Positions 7,096-14,763 of a stretch of DNA of 64,000 bases are shown one piece after another (the first letter of the stretch is position 1; every line of letters begins with the position of its first letter). Position numbers and translations under genes: made by a program. Origin of the DNA: an uncultured Candidatus Saccharibacteria bacterium (GTDB taxonomy: Bacteria > Patescibacteriota > Minisyncoccia > Sungbacterales > HO2-52-23); assembly GCA_964585475.1 (NCBI GenBank), contig CAZPDF010000001.1, positions 1,441-65,440 of the forward strand. Reading direction: 5' to 3'. The notes beneath the pieces are model-generated. The model ran no database searches, was not told the DNA's origin, and was given only the letters and a program-made list of their open reading frames with translations.

Positions 7096-7202
7096 AAGCC
7101 GCGATCGCATATCAAAAATAACAAATATCTCTATGTGCAACATTTTAGGTATAAATAATCCATGTAGATCGGATCACCTGATCGCGATCTGCTTCTAACG
7201 GG
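7088..7202. repeat. inverted repeat bridging the sigma stop codon and the downstream start codon
   Basis: cccgttagaagc (7088..7099, contains the TAG stop) and gcttctaacggg (7191..7202, ends 1 nt before the ATG at 7203) are perfect 12-bp complements. Further GATC-rich partial pairing lies inside. Confidence 0.6.
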
Positions 7203-8348
7203 ATGAAGCCTAATTTCGAAGAACTTATACGACTGGCAAAATCCGCCGGTCTTACGCGTGAGGAAAAGGACTCGATGAGGCGGGCGATCTTAGCATTTAT
7301 TGAATCCAGTCCTGTAAGAGTTTCGGTTTGGTCCCGTCTTCATTTTTATATTGCGGTCGAAGCGGAAAGAATAGGAGTTCTTTTCGCAAGGCCGGCGGTG
7401 AAAGCCGTGCCAATAGCTATAATTATTGTATTAATTCTGGGGGGCGGCGTTTCATACGCCGCAGAAGGGGCGCTTCCGGGAGACATACTTTATCCCGTGA
7501 AGGTTTCGATAAATGAAGAAGTTCGCGCTCGTTTTGCAATTTCTCCCGAATCCCGCGCGGCATGGGAGGCGAAAATTGCAGAAAGGCGGCTTGAAGAGGC
7601 AGAGGATCTCGTTTCCGAGGGGCGCATGAGCAGGGAGACCGCAGCGAAAATTGCGGAAAAATTTGACGCGCATGCCGAGCGGGTAAACGAACGTATTTTG
7701 GCGCTGGGCGCAGCCGATAAGGTTGAGGTGGCCGCCGATTTGAGCTCGAACTTCGAAACATCCCTTAAGGCGCACGACCGGATCCTTTGGCGTATCGCCG
7801 AGGGGCAGGAAGAAGCTAGTTCCTCGGTTAGGGAGATCCGCGAGAAGGTAAGGGCCAACGCCCGGAAGTTTATGAAAATCCGTTCTGAAAATGAGGAGAA
7901 AGTTTCCGCGTCTCTGGAAGTAAAAGCGCGAGCCGCGGCCACTGCCAAGCTGAATTCTGCGGAAGAGAAAATAAGCGAAACGAGGAAATATGCGTCTAGG
8001 ATCAAGGCACTATTGGGTGAGGTGTCTCTTGCCAGTATAGAAATGCGGCTTGAGGTTGCAACCAGGGTTCTCGCGGACGGTAAGGCGCGGTTTGAAGCAG
8101 GGGCGTACGGCGAGGCGTTTTCACTCGCCCAGAAAGCAGAGCGCATTGCTAAAGAAGCAAAACTTCTTGCGGCGGCGCGAAATGAGTTTAGAATAAATGT
8201 AGATTTTGATGAGCGCGCCGCGGCTGAGGGACTTCATAGGGATTCTGCCGCGGCATCCGATACTGAAGATAATTCTGGGGCCCACGACGATAATGATTCC
8301 GAGGATGAAAATATCCGCGATGGCGTAAAAAAGAAGGAGCAGAGATAA
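7203..8348 (+). CDS. DUF5667-like membrane protein (probable anti-sigma partner)
   Basis: 381 aa, located directly after the ECF sigma gene. It has one TM helix (AVKAVPIAIIIVLILGGGVSYAA) followed by LPGDILYPVKVSINE and a long Ala/Glu-rich helical region. Confidence 0.7.
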   Translation: MKPNFEELIRLAKSAGLTREEKDSMRRAILAFIESSPVRVSVWSRLHFYIAVEAERIGVLFARPAVKAVPIAIIIVLILGGGVSYAAEGALPGDILYPVKVSINEEVRARFAISPESRAAWEAKIAERRLEEAEDLVSEGRMSRETAAKIAEKFDAHAERVNERILALGAADKVEVAADLSSNFETSLKAHDRILWRIAEGQEEASSSVREIREKVRANARKFMKIRSENEEKVSASLEVKARAAATAKLNSAEEKISETRKYASRIKALLGEVSLASIEMRLEVATRVLADGKARFEAGAYGEAFSLAQKAERIAKEAKLLAAARNEFRINVDFDERAAAEGLHRDSAAASDTEDNSGAHDDNDSEDENIRDGVKKKEQR

Positions 8349-8378
8349 GATAAAGGTCGAGTTTAAGTTAACTGCGTA

Positions 8379-8987
8379 TTGTATGCCAATATGGAGAACC
8401 TGAAAAAATCAGCATTGATATTCGGGATTATGGCCGTAGCGCTTGCGCTTGTATTCAGCGCGACTATGTCGGTGCGCGCCGATTCGGACGATAACGACTT
8501 GGAGGATTTGTTTGAAGGAAAGGGAGCGTTTAAGTTTGATAAGTTCCCGCCGGGGCTTGATAAAAAGCGCGATCTTCCCAAGGGTCCGAGTTTCACCGTA
8601 AATCCGCAGGGCCGAGTGTTAATTAGCGCGGGGGAAGTTACCGAAGCGAATTGGCCGAATCTCAAAGTTAAGGTGTGGGGTCTTTCGTTGAGTGTTCACG
8701 TTATGCCGAATGCGGTTATCCACGGAGCAGCCGCACCGGTCGTAAATACGAGCACTTCAACCGCAACGACCACTCCCCCTACAACTACGGGTGGGGTATC
8801 GGTAGGCGACAAAGTGGATATTTTGGGGGAGATGGAGTCCTCGACCGGCCTGATCCACGCGCTTCATTTCAAGAACCGTTCGCAAACTGACCATACGATT
8901 AATGCGCTCCAGCAGAGAATCCAGGAACTCTTGAAGGAGATTGAGAAAATCCGCCAGAGTCTTAAGGATATCCGGAAGGGACTGTAA
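8379..8987 (+). CDS. secreted hypothetical protein (third gene of the sigma cluster)
   Basis: 202 aa with a signal peptide (ALIFGIMAVALALVFSATMSVRADS), a Thr-rich linker and a C-terminal coiled tail. The start could be the Met at 8391. Confidence 0.65.
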   Translation: MYANMENLKKSALIFGIMAVALALVFSATMSVRADSDDNDLEDLFEGKGAFKFDKFPPGLDKKRDLPKGPSFTVNPQGRVLISAGEVTEANWPNLKVKVWGLSLSVHVMPNAVIHGAAAPVVNTSTSTATTTPPTTTGGVSVGDKVDILGEMESSTGLIHALHFKNRSQTDHTINALQQRIQELLKEIEKIRQSLKDIRKGL

Positions 8988-9001
8988 TTTGTTGCATCGA
9001 G

Positions 9002-9038
9002 AAAAACGAATACGCCACCCGGGTGGCGTATTCGTTTT
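9002..9038. terminator. bidirectional intrinsic terminator
   Basis: aaaaacgaatacgccaccc / gggtggcgtattcgtttt forms a perfect long hairpin with an A run and a T run on either side. Confidence 0.75.
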
Positions 9039-9040
9039 GG

Positions 9041-9150
9041 TGGGCAGTGAAGGAATCGAACCCCGTAGCAGAACCTTCGGTTCGCTACGGGGCAGGCCTA
9101 CGGCCTTCGCGGTGTAAACGCGACGCTCTTCCGGGGATTCTTCTATTTCG
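9041..9150 (-). pseudogene. degenerate tRNA-Val(TAC)-like remnant with a hairpin inserted in the T arm
   Basis: Minus strand reads ...GGAAGAGCGTCGCGTTTACACCGCGAAGGCC..., which matches the anticodon arm of the neighbouring tRNA-Val. It then continues CCCCGTAGC-GAACCGAAGGTTCT-GCTACGGGG-TTCGATTCCTTC-ACTGCCC-A. The T-stem strand GAAGG is trapped in the loop of a 9-bp hairpin, and no matching 5' acceptor strand (GGGCAGT) is present. Confidence 0.4.
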
Positions 9151-9159
9151 AGTGTAAAT

Positions 9160-9231
9160 TGGGCGCTCAAGGGATCGAACCTTGGGCCTTCTCGGTGTAA
9201 ACGAGACGCTCTACCACTGAGCTAAGCGCCC
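9160..9231 (-). tRNA. tRNA-Val(TAC)
   Basis: GGGCGCT-TA-GCTCAGTGGTAGAGC-G-TCTCG-TTTACAC-CGAGA-AGGCC-CAAGGTTCGATCCCTTG-AGCGCCC-A. All stems pair. Confidence 0.9.
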
Positions 9232-9235
9232 AAAA

Positions 9236-9667
9236 TTATTCTCCGGTCCAGCTTAATATCCAGCGCGGCTTGATTTTTAAAGTCACTCGGGAGCCGGCCT
9301 CCAGCAGCTCCTTAAAATATTTCCCCGCTTTTTCTTTTGGCAAGTACTTATATGCGAGCCGTTCTAAAAGCTTTCCTTCCGGGTCGTCCTCCATGGTGAC
9401 ATCTCCGTAACCGACAACCGCAGCATAAGGTAGAGAGTGTTCAGCAATAGAAAACCCCGCCTTGGGATCCTCCTTTAAATTTCTCGTCTTTTTACGTCCC
9501 GGGGTGGTGCTGACCAAAAAGTTTTCTCCATCATACTCAAACCACACCGGAGTTACATGAGGATATCCTTCCGGCGTAATTGTCGCAATATCCATCAGGA
9601 CAGGACGCTGAAAAAATTTTTTCATTTGTTCCGGAGTCATCCCCGGAGTTACTGGATTTGAAGACAT
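9236..9667 (-). CDS. pyridoxamine 5'-phosphate oxidase family protein
   Basis: 143 aa. MDIATITPEGYPHVTPVWFEYDGENFLVSTTPGRKKTRNLKEDPKAGFSI is a typical PPOX/split-barrel pattern. The ATG lies 1 nt from the tRNA-Val(GAC) 3' end. Confidence 0.8.
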   Translation of the reverse strand: MSSNPVTPGMTPEQMKKFFQRPVLMDIATITPEGYPHVTPVWFEYDGENFLVSTTPGRKKTRNLKEDPKAGFSIAEHSLPYAAVVGYGDVTMEDDPEGKLLERLAYKYLPKEKAGKYFKELLEAGSRVTLKIKPRWILSWTGE

Positions 9668-9668
9668 A

Positions 9669-9740
9669 TGCGCGCTGAGGGGATTGAACCCCCGACCTAC
9701 TCTACGTCAAAGAGTCGCTCTACCACTGAGCTACGCTCGC
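9669..9740 (-). tRNA. tRNA-Val(GAC)
   Basis: GCGAGCG-TA-GCTCAGTGGTAGAGC-G-ACTCT-TTGACGT-AGAGT-AGGTC-GGGGGTTCAATCCCCTC-AGCGCGC-A. The D, anticodon and T arms are good. The acceptor stem has two non-Watson-Crick positions (A4:G69 and G7:A66). Confidence 0.75.
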
Positions 9741-9822
9741 AAGTGTAACGGGGCAAGCTACCGCCTAATTTGATGAATTAGGCGAGCCTCGCTCAGCTTT
9801 GATGAGCGGGAGCCAAACGCCC

Positions 9823-10011
9823 TTATGATTTCTTCAATTTTTTAAGTTCTTCAAGTTCCGCCTGAAGATTGGCGCGTAGTTTTTCCTGCTCTTCCGGCGT
9901 TAAATCCGAAATAATATTTTTCCAGAATTTCAATTCTTCCGCATCTTCGCCAAGAAGGAGCAGTTCGTCAATGGTTGCCCCGATGTCATTATTTTTTACG
10001 CCATCGATCAT
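9823..10011 (-). CDS. small helical hypothetical protein
   Basis: 62 aa, acidic and coiled (EELKFWKNIISDLTPEEQEKLRANLQAELEELKKLKK). It overlaps the upstream gene by 4 nt (ATGA), suggesting translational coupling. Confidence 0.55.
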   Translation of the reverse strand: MIDGVKNNDIGATIDELLLLGEDAEELKFWKNIISDLTPEEQEKLRANLQAELEELKKLKKS

Positions 10012-10592
10012 ATCATTGCAGGTCCCGGCTCTAGTTCGTTGAGATATTCTTCTGCCTGTTTCCCCATTCGGCGCACGCCTTGGATAAATTGTTCTCGCTT
10101 GTCCATAAAGTATGACGCAGTTTTTTCAAGGAAAGCAGCTGGCTTTGGAAATTTGTCCTTTGTTTTTTGCGCGATTTCCTGCATCATTTCCGGGCCGAAT
10201 TCTATTTTGGCGATAAAGCTCGAAGCGCTTCGCGCGGCAAGCGCTGCCTCCGGCGTGCCGAATGCCGCTAATGCGTAGGAGAGCGCGATCCCGCCGCCGA
10301 TAAGCATATGGTCGAAGCGCTGCCTTGATGTTAATTTTTCGTTGCTTAAGGTTTTCCCGAGCATACCCTCGATCGCGAGTTTGGGAGCATCAATTCCCGG
10401 CACGAAGTTTGCGGCAATATCAATCGTTCGCGAAGTTACCATGTCTTTCAAGAGCCCGAGGCGCCCCTTTTTATGCCGCTCCATCGTCTCTTGGTATTCT
10501 GGAACGAGTATCGATTCCGTGCCCTGGGCCACCGATTCCGCGGGCGGTATCTCGGCTTCTTCAACGGGATTAATGTTTTCAAATGATGGCAT
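10008..10592 (-). CDS. hypothetical protein
   Basis: 194-aa ORF with normal composition, co-oriented with and overlapping 9823..10011. The + strand ORFs on top of it are shadows. Confidence 0.6.
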   Translation of the reverse strand: MPSFENINPVEEAEIPPAESVAQGTESILVPEYQETMERHKKGRLGLLKDMVTSRTIDIAANFVPGIDAPKLAIEGMLGKTLSNEKLTSRQRFDHMLIGGGIALSYALAAFGTPEAALAARSASSFIAKIEFGPEMMQEIAQKTKDKFPKPAAFLEKTASYFMDKREQFIQGVRRMGKQAEEYLNELEPGPAMI

Positions 10593-10750
10593 AAGAAATC
10601 AAACCAAAATTTTTTAAAGATGTCTTTTCCGATCGCTATGGTTCCGAAGCCCGTCATGGCGGGCGCGGGAAGTCGGGTTAAGTACTTAGACCCTGCAAGC
10701 AGTATAAGGCTTTTTCGGAGATTTTTCTACTGGCGAGCGTAAGCTATAAG

Positions 10751-10775
10751 AAAAGCACGTTAATTTCGTGCTTTT
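10751..10775. terminator. bidirectional intrinsic terminator
   Basis: aaaagcacg-ttaattt-cgtgctttt. Confidence 0.6.
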
Positions 10776-10791
10776 GTTTCGCGGTCTATAT

Positions 10792-11562
10792 TTATGGGGA
10801 TTGAATTTTTATGGCGTACGCGTGTTGCTTAAGCGTTTGGGCCGCTGACTTCAGCTTTTCTTGGTGGTGAGGGAAAAGATCTTTTAGGATTTCGGGATCA
10901 AGCTCAAAAATGAGCGCTGCATGCCCCACTATCGGCGCGGCATATGAAGGGTACATTTCCAGCGTTGCTGAATTGGTTGGAACGAACTCGTCTTTTTCGG
11001 CGCGTATCTGAAGGAGCTTCCGGGGATTATTTTGGATATCCTCCCGGAGTTTTGCCAGCCATTTCGAGTCCGGTCGGATTTGGCGCGCGGCCTCATGCCA
11101 GAAGACGAAACGCGCAAGGGATGATCCTCGAAAAGGCGTGCCTGCGGTGACTACCTGGAAGTGCATAAGCTCCGGGTCGCGTGCTTGAGCGGCAAGGATT
11201 ATGAGTCCTCCCATGCTGTGCCCCAAGAACACGAGGTCTTTTTCAAGGTCAGTAAGCCGCAGGCCGTATTTTTGATGCAATCTCTCTTCTTGTTTCGTGA
11301 GAAATTTGTCAAAGCGTGCTGTGAGGGTATCAATGTCTTTTCTCGCCCAGCCGGTGTCGGCGATGACCACATTAAACCCCGCATTCCCCAGCCGCGCACG
11401 CAACGGAAGCATGACCGACGGAGTTCCTCCGAGGCCATAGGCCAGAATTATATTGGGCCTTGTCGGATCAAGCTCGTTTTCTGGAATTGGTATAAGGGAG
11501 CCCGGAAAAAGGAGCAGGAGATACGAGAAAATATAGACCGCTTCTTTAATCCACTCAAACAC
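10792..11562 (-). CDS. alpha/beta hydrolase (lipase/esterase-like)
   Basis: 256 aa with an N-terminal TM/signal segment, the nucleophile elbow FLGHSMGG, and a His near the C-terminus (VGHAAL). Confidence 0.75.
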   Translation of the reverse strand: MFEWIKEAVYIFSYLLLLFPGSLIPIPENELDPTRPNIILAYGLGGTPSVMLPLRARLGNAGFNVVIADTGWARKDIDTLTARFDKFLTKQEERLHQKYGLRLTDLEKDLVFLGHSMGGLIILAAQARDPELMHFQVVTAGTPFRGSSLARFVFWHEAARQIRPDSKWLAKLREDIQNNPRKLLQIRAEKDEFVPTNSATLEMYPSYAAPIVGHAALIFELDPEILKDLFPHHQEKLKSAAQTLKQHAYAIKIQSP

Positions 11563-11630
11563 CGTGTTTCTCCTTTGAGAGTGCGTAGTTTATTAGTAGA
11601 GGAAATTAAGTCCGAGGTCAAATTAAATCA

Positions 11631-11779
11631 CCACCCTAGGAGGTTGTCCCAAAACTATAAAAACAACACTTTCGTCATTCTGAGCGAAGCGAAGAATCTC
11701 GTATTTAAGCCATTTCTAAACAGTGGAGATTCTTCACAAAGTTCAGAATGACAGTTTTTAGACAGCCCCCTAGGGGTGG
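11631..11779. repeat. GTCATTCTGAGCG-AGCGAAGAATCTC nested hairpin repeat, copy 1
   Basis: Outer arms are ccaccctaggaggttgtc / gacagccccctaggggtgg. Inner arms are gtcattctgagcgaagcgaagaatctc (11674..11700) / gagattcttcacaaagttcagaatgac (11726..11752). The same core recurs at 49493..49621. Confidence 0.7.
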
Positions 11780-11788
11780 AAACTACAA

Positions 11789-11976
11789 TGGCCCCAATGG
11801 GATTCGAACCCATGTACTGGGCTCTTGCCCTCCCACTTTTTTGTTTGCCGCCACCGGGATTCGAACCCGGGTACCGGGCTTGAAAAGCCCGTGTCCTAGA
11901 CCAAGCTAGACGATGGCGGCGTCAAAAGTGGGAGGGTGAAAAAAGCCCATGTCCTAGGCCTCTAGACGATGGGGCC
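11789..11976 (-). other. interrupted (outer) tRNA-Glu-like gene enclosing tRNA-Glu 11846..11920
   Basis: Minus strand reads GGCCCCA-TC-GTCTAGAGGCCTAGGAC-A-TGGGC-TTTTTTCA-[CCCTCCCACTTTT-gac-inner tRNA-aacaa-AAAAGTGGGAGGG]-CAAGA-GCCCA-GTAC-ATGGGTTCGAATCCCAT-TGGGGCC-A. The acceptor, anticodon and T stems of the outer molecule are perfectly paired, and the D stem pairs with one G:U. Confidence 0.55.
11846..11920 (-). tRNA. tRNA-Glu(TTC)
   Basis: GCCGCCA-TC-GTCTAGCTTGGTCTAGGAC-A-CGGGC-TTTTCAA-GCCCG-GTAC-CCGGGTTCGAATCCCGG-TGGCGGC-A. Confidence 0.9.
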
Positions 11977-12083
11977 AAAATTAAGTTAAAAGCATAAAGT
12001 CAAAAGTTCAAAGTCAACGAACTAACTATATCAAAAATTTGGTAAAATTTCAAATGAAAAAACCCAACTCGACAAGAGTTAGG

Positions 12084-12395
12084 TTAGAAATCTTTGCAGG
12101 CGCCTATAGATGCGGCTTCCTCAAAATCGGTAGGGCTGCCGTCCACCAAGTCTTTAGTATCCTGAACCGGACCTACGAATATGCCGGAGAGTATGCCGGC
12201 AAGGGCATAAAATGGTGCTACCACCACCATCCCTGTGGCTTTTGCCACTTTCATCGCTGGTTGATCTTGGTGATTCAGCAGTGCTTTGGCCGGGCAAGTC
12301 ACAATGGCAGCTGGGCTAGTAACAATCCTGGTAGCCGTGGCACATCCCTGAACGAGAACTGCAGCGACGATCAAAGAACCGACGATTTTTCTCAT
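12084..12395 (-). CDS. small lipoprotein
   Basis: 103 aa. MRKIVGSLIVAAVLVQGC contains a lipobox (L-V-Q-G-C). Confidence 0.65.
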   Translation of the reverse strand: MRKIVGSLIVAAVLVQGCATATRIVTSPAAIVTCPAKALLNHQDQPAMKVAKATGMVVVAPFYALAGILSGIFVGPVQDTKDLVDGSPTDFEEAASIGACKDF

Positions 12396-12499
12396 GGGTC
12401 TCTCCTATTCGGGTACCGGATCCATTAGTTGCAAACCCGCGACTTTTTGTCAATAGGCGCGGTCTTTTTTCATCCCCGATTTTATGTTATTTTCTAGGC

Positions 12500-14035
12500 A
12501 TGCGGTACGAAGTTGTCATAGGCCTCGAAATCCACGCGGAGCTCAAAACCAAAACCAAGATGTTTTGCTATTCTTTGAATGACCCGAACGAGAAGCACCC
12601 GAATATAAATGTGTGCCCAATTTGTATGGGGCATCCCGGAACTCTGCCGGTAATAAATGAGGAAGCGGTGAAAAAAGTTATTACGGTGGGGCTTGCTTTG
12701 GGCGGCGAGATTCCCGAATTTTCGCAATTTGACCGCAAGAATTATTTTTATCCCGACTTGCCTAAGGGATACCAGATATCGCAGTATCAACACCCCCTCG
12801 TTCAAGGAGGATATCTTGAACTCCAAATCCCAAATCCCAAATTCCAAATCTCAAACAAATCTCAAATTCCAAATTCTAAGTCCGAAACGCGAGGGATACG
12901 AATCCAGAGAATTCATCTCGAGGAAGATACGGGACGCCTCATACATGATAAAGCGTCCGGCGCTTCGCTAGTTGACTTCAATCGCGCTGGGGTGCCGCTC
13001 ATGGAGTTAGTGACCGAGCCGGATTTGCGATCCGGGGAAGAAGTGAAGAAATTCGGGGAGGAGCTGCAGCGAATCTTGCGTTACCTTGGCGCATCGGACG
13101 CGGATATGGAAAAAGGCCAGATGAGGGTGGAGGTGAATATTTCACTCCGTGAACTACCAACTACCAACGACCAACGACCAACGACCTTAGGCACGAAGGT
13201 AGAAATTAAAAACATCAACTCCTTCAAATATGCCGCTGATGCGGTGGAGTATGAGACCAGACGGCAGAGCGAACTCTTGGAGCGCGGCGAAAAAGTAATT
13301 CAGGAGACGCGGGGGTGGAATGAAAAAAAGCAAGAGACTTTTTCACAGCGTTCCAAGGAAGAAGCGCATGACTACCGCTATTTTCCGGAACCGGATCTCC
13401 CGCCGCTCAAAATTTCGCGGGAATTGGTTGAAGAGCTGCGGGCACGTCTTCCCGAACTGCCGGAGTCAAAAAAGACCCGGTTGGTAAAAGAATACGGGTT
13501 GGAACAGGGCGTGATTGAGATTCTCATACGCGAAAAATCGCTTGCCGATTATTTCGAGGCGGTCGCAAGTGAGCTTATGCAGCACGATAAGGAGACGCCC
13601 GAGAAGTCATCCAAAAATCCAGTTGCTATTGCCGCCTCATTTCTAACGGGCGACTTCCTGCGGATTCTTAATGAAAGCGGGGCGCAAGCAAATGATACTC
13701 GTGTAACTGCAGAAAATTTTGCGGAGCTTGTGATATATTTTGCCGAGGAGAAAGTCTCAAATCTTACCGCGAAGCAAGTCCTTGAGGAAATGTTTCGATC
13801 GGGCGAAGATCCCTCCGATATCATCGATCGCCTGGGGTTATGGCAGATGAGCGATACTGCGGATTTAGAGAATATTGCGGGGCACATTATTGAGGAGAAT
13901 CCCAAAGCGGTTGAGGATTTCCGACGGGGGAAAGAGGCCTCGCTTCAATTTTTGGTGGGGCAGGTGATGAAAGAGACCAGGGGAAAGGCAAATCCGAAGG
14001 TTGTGCTGGAAATATTAAAGAAGCTCATGAGTTAA
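12500..14035 (+). CDS. gatB: Asp-tRNA(Asn)/Glu-tRNA(Gln) amidotransferase subunit B
   Basis: 511 aa with VIGLEIHAELKTKTKMFC, CPICMGHPGTLPV, GYQISQ, RIHLEEDTGR, VEIKNINSF and a C-terminal YqeY-like tail. It contains two extra low-complexity segments encoded by heptamer repeats. Confidence 0.92.
   Translation: MRYEVVIGLEIHAELKTKTKMFCYSLNDPNEKHPNINVCPICMGHPGTLPVINEEAVKKVITVGLALGGEIPEFSQFDRKNYFYPDLPKGYQISQYQHPLVQGGYLELQIPNPKFQISNKSQIPNSKSETRGIRIQRIHLEEDTGRLIHDKASGASLVDFNRAGVPLMELVTEPDLRSGEEVKKFGEELQRILRYLGASDADMEKGQMRVEVNISLRELPTTNDQRPTTLGTKVEIKNINSFKYAADAVEYETRRQSELLERGEKVIQETRGWNEKKQETFSQRSKEEAHDYRYFPEPDLPPLKISRELVEELRARLPELPESKKTRLVKEYGLEQGVIEILIREKSLADYFEAVASELMQHDKETPEKSSKNPVAIAASFLTGDFLRILNESGAQANDTRVTAENFAELVIYFAEEKVSNLTAKQVLEEMFRSGEDPSDIIDRLGLWQMSDTADLENIAGHIIEENPKAVEDFRRGKEASLQFLVGQVMKETRGKANPKVVLEILKKLMS
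12823..12878 (+). repeat. tandem heptamer repeat (CCAAATC family) inside gatB
   Basis: ccaaatc ccaaatc ccaaatt ccaaatc tcaaaca aatctca aattcca aattcta. It encodes QIPNPKFQISNKSQIPNSK, between the conserved GGYLE and IRIQRIHLEED blocks. Confidence 0.8.
13154..13186 (+). repeat. tandem heptamer repeat (CTACCAA/CGACCAA) inside gatB
   Basis: ctaccaa ctaccaa cgaccaa cgaccaa cgacc. It encodes LPTTNDQRPTT, just before the conserved GTKVEIKNINSF. Confidence 0.8.
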
Positions 14036-14037
14036 GT

Positions 14038-14763
14038 ATGCGCTATTCTCATGCGATAAAAATTTATCGGAAGCGCTGGCATCTCGGAGTGACATTTCTC
14101 GTCATAGTTTTGCCATTCGTTTTTATTTTAGTTTTTTCGCAAGTTACGGGAGTTGACGCCATGCGCGTCTTTATCGATCTTGGCGCATCTTTCGTGCGCG
14201 TCTTAGTCGCTTATCTTATCTCGATCATTCTGGCAATTTTATTTGCGGTGCTTCTCGGGCAAGGAAAGGTTGGAAATTTTTTCCTGCCGGTATTTGACGT
14301 TTTGCAGAGTTTTCCTGCGTTTGCTCTTCTCCCGCTTCTTACCTTGTGGTTCGGCATAGGCAGCTGGGCGGCGATATTTTTTCTTGTGGCGACCATGCTC
14401 TGGCCGATTCTTTTCTCAACGCTCTCGGCGATCCATATGTCACGAACCGATCTTGCCGAAGCCGCGTTTATCTTCGGCGCCAAGGGAATAAAAAAGTTTT
14501 TTGCCTTTACCGTACCCATTGCTTTCCCCGGGCTTGTCGTGGGTTCTATAGTCGGAATAGGAGAAGGGTGGGAGGCGATCGTCGGTGCGGAAATTATTGG
14601 TATAACTCCCGGCATTGGGGGCTTTCTTAATACAGCATCAACCCAAGCCAATATCCCCGTGCTTACTTTCGGGATAATTGCGCTTCTTCTTTTCTTATTC
14701 ACGTTAAATAAATTAATATGGCTTCCGTTGCTTAAGAAGAGCCACGACTATTCCCATGAATGA
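14038..14763 (+). CDS. ABC transporter permease (NitT/TauT-like, binding-protein-dependent family)
   Basis: 241 aa with about 6 TM helices. The pattern LVAYLISIILAILFAVLLGQ...FDVLQSFPAFALLPLLTLWFG is typical of SsuC/TauC-type permeases. Confidence 0.8.
   Translation: MRYSHAIKIYRKRWHLGVTFLVIVLPFVFILVFSQVTGVDAMRVFIDLGASFVRVLVAYLISIILAILFAVLLGQGKVGNFFLPVFDVLQSFPAFALLPLLTLWFGIGSWAAIFFLVATMLWPILFSTLSAIHMSRTDLAEAAFIFGAKGIKKFFAFTVPIAFPGLVVGSIVGIGEGWEAIVGAEIIGITPGIGGFLNTASTQANIPVLTFGIIALLLFLFTLNKLIWLPLLKKSHDYSHE

Noticed and set aside
7423-8146. Minus-strand ORFs antisense to the DUF5667-like gene (7423..7761, 7452..7775, 7490..8146)
   Set aside because: These are shadow ORFs of an Ala/Glu-rich gene. 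The sense frame has the TM helix and family pattern.
12823-13186. The possibility that the short tandem repeats are a CRISPR array or an intergenic microsatellite
   Set aside because: The units are 7 nt with no spacers, and they lie in frame within gatB. No CRISPR-like repeat-spacer structure or cas gene exists anywhere in the window.
13636-13646. TCTAACGG occurrences in gatB (13636..13646) and in the tRNA-Gln D loop (37200..37208), considered as further members of the CCCGTTAGA motif set
   Set aside because: One is ordinary coding sequence and the other is the normal D-loop sequence of Gln/Glu-type tRNAs. Neither has a complementary partner nearby.
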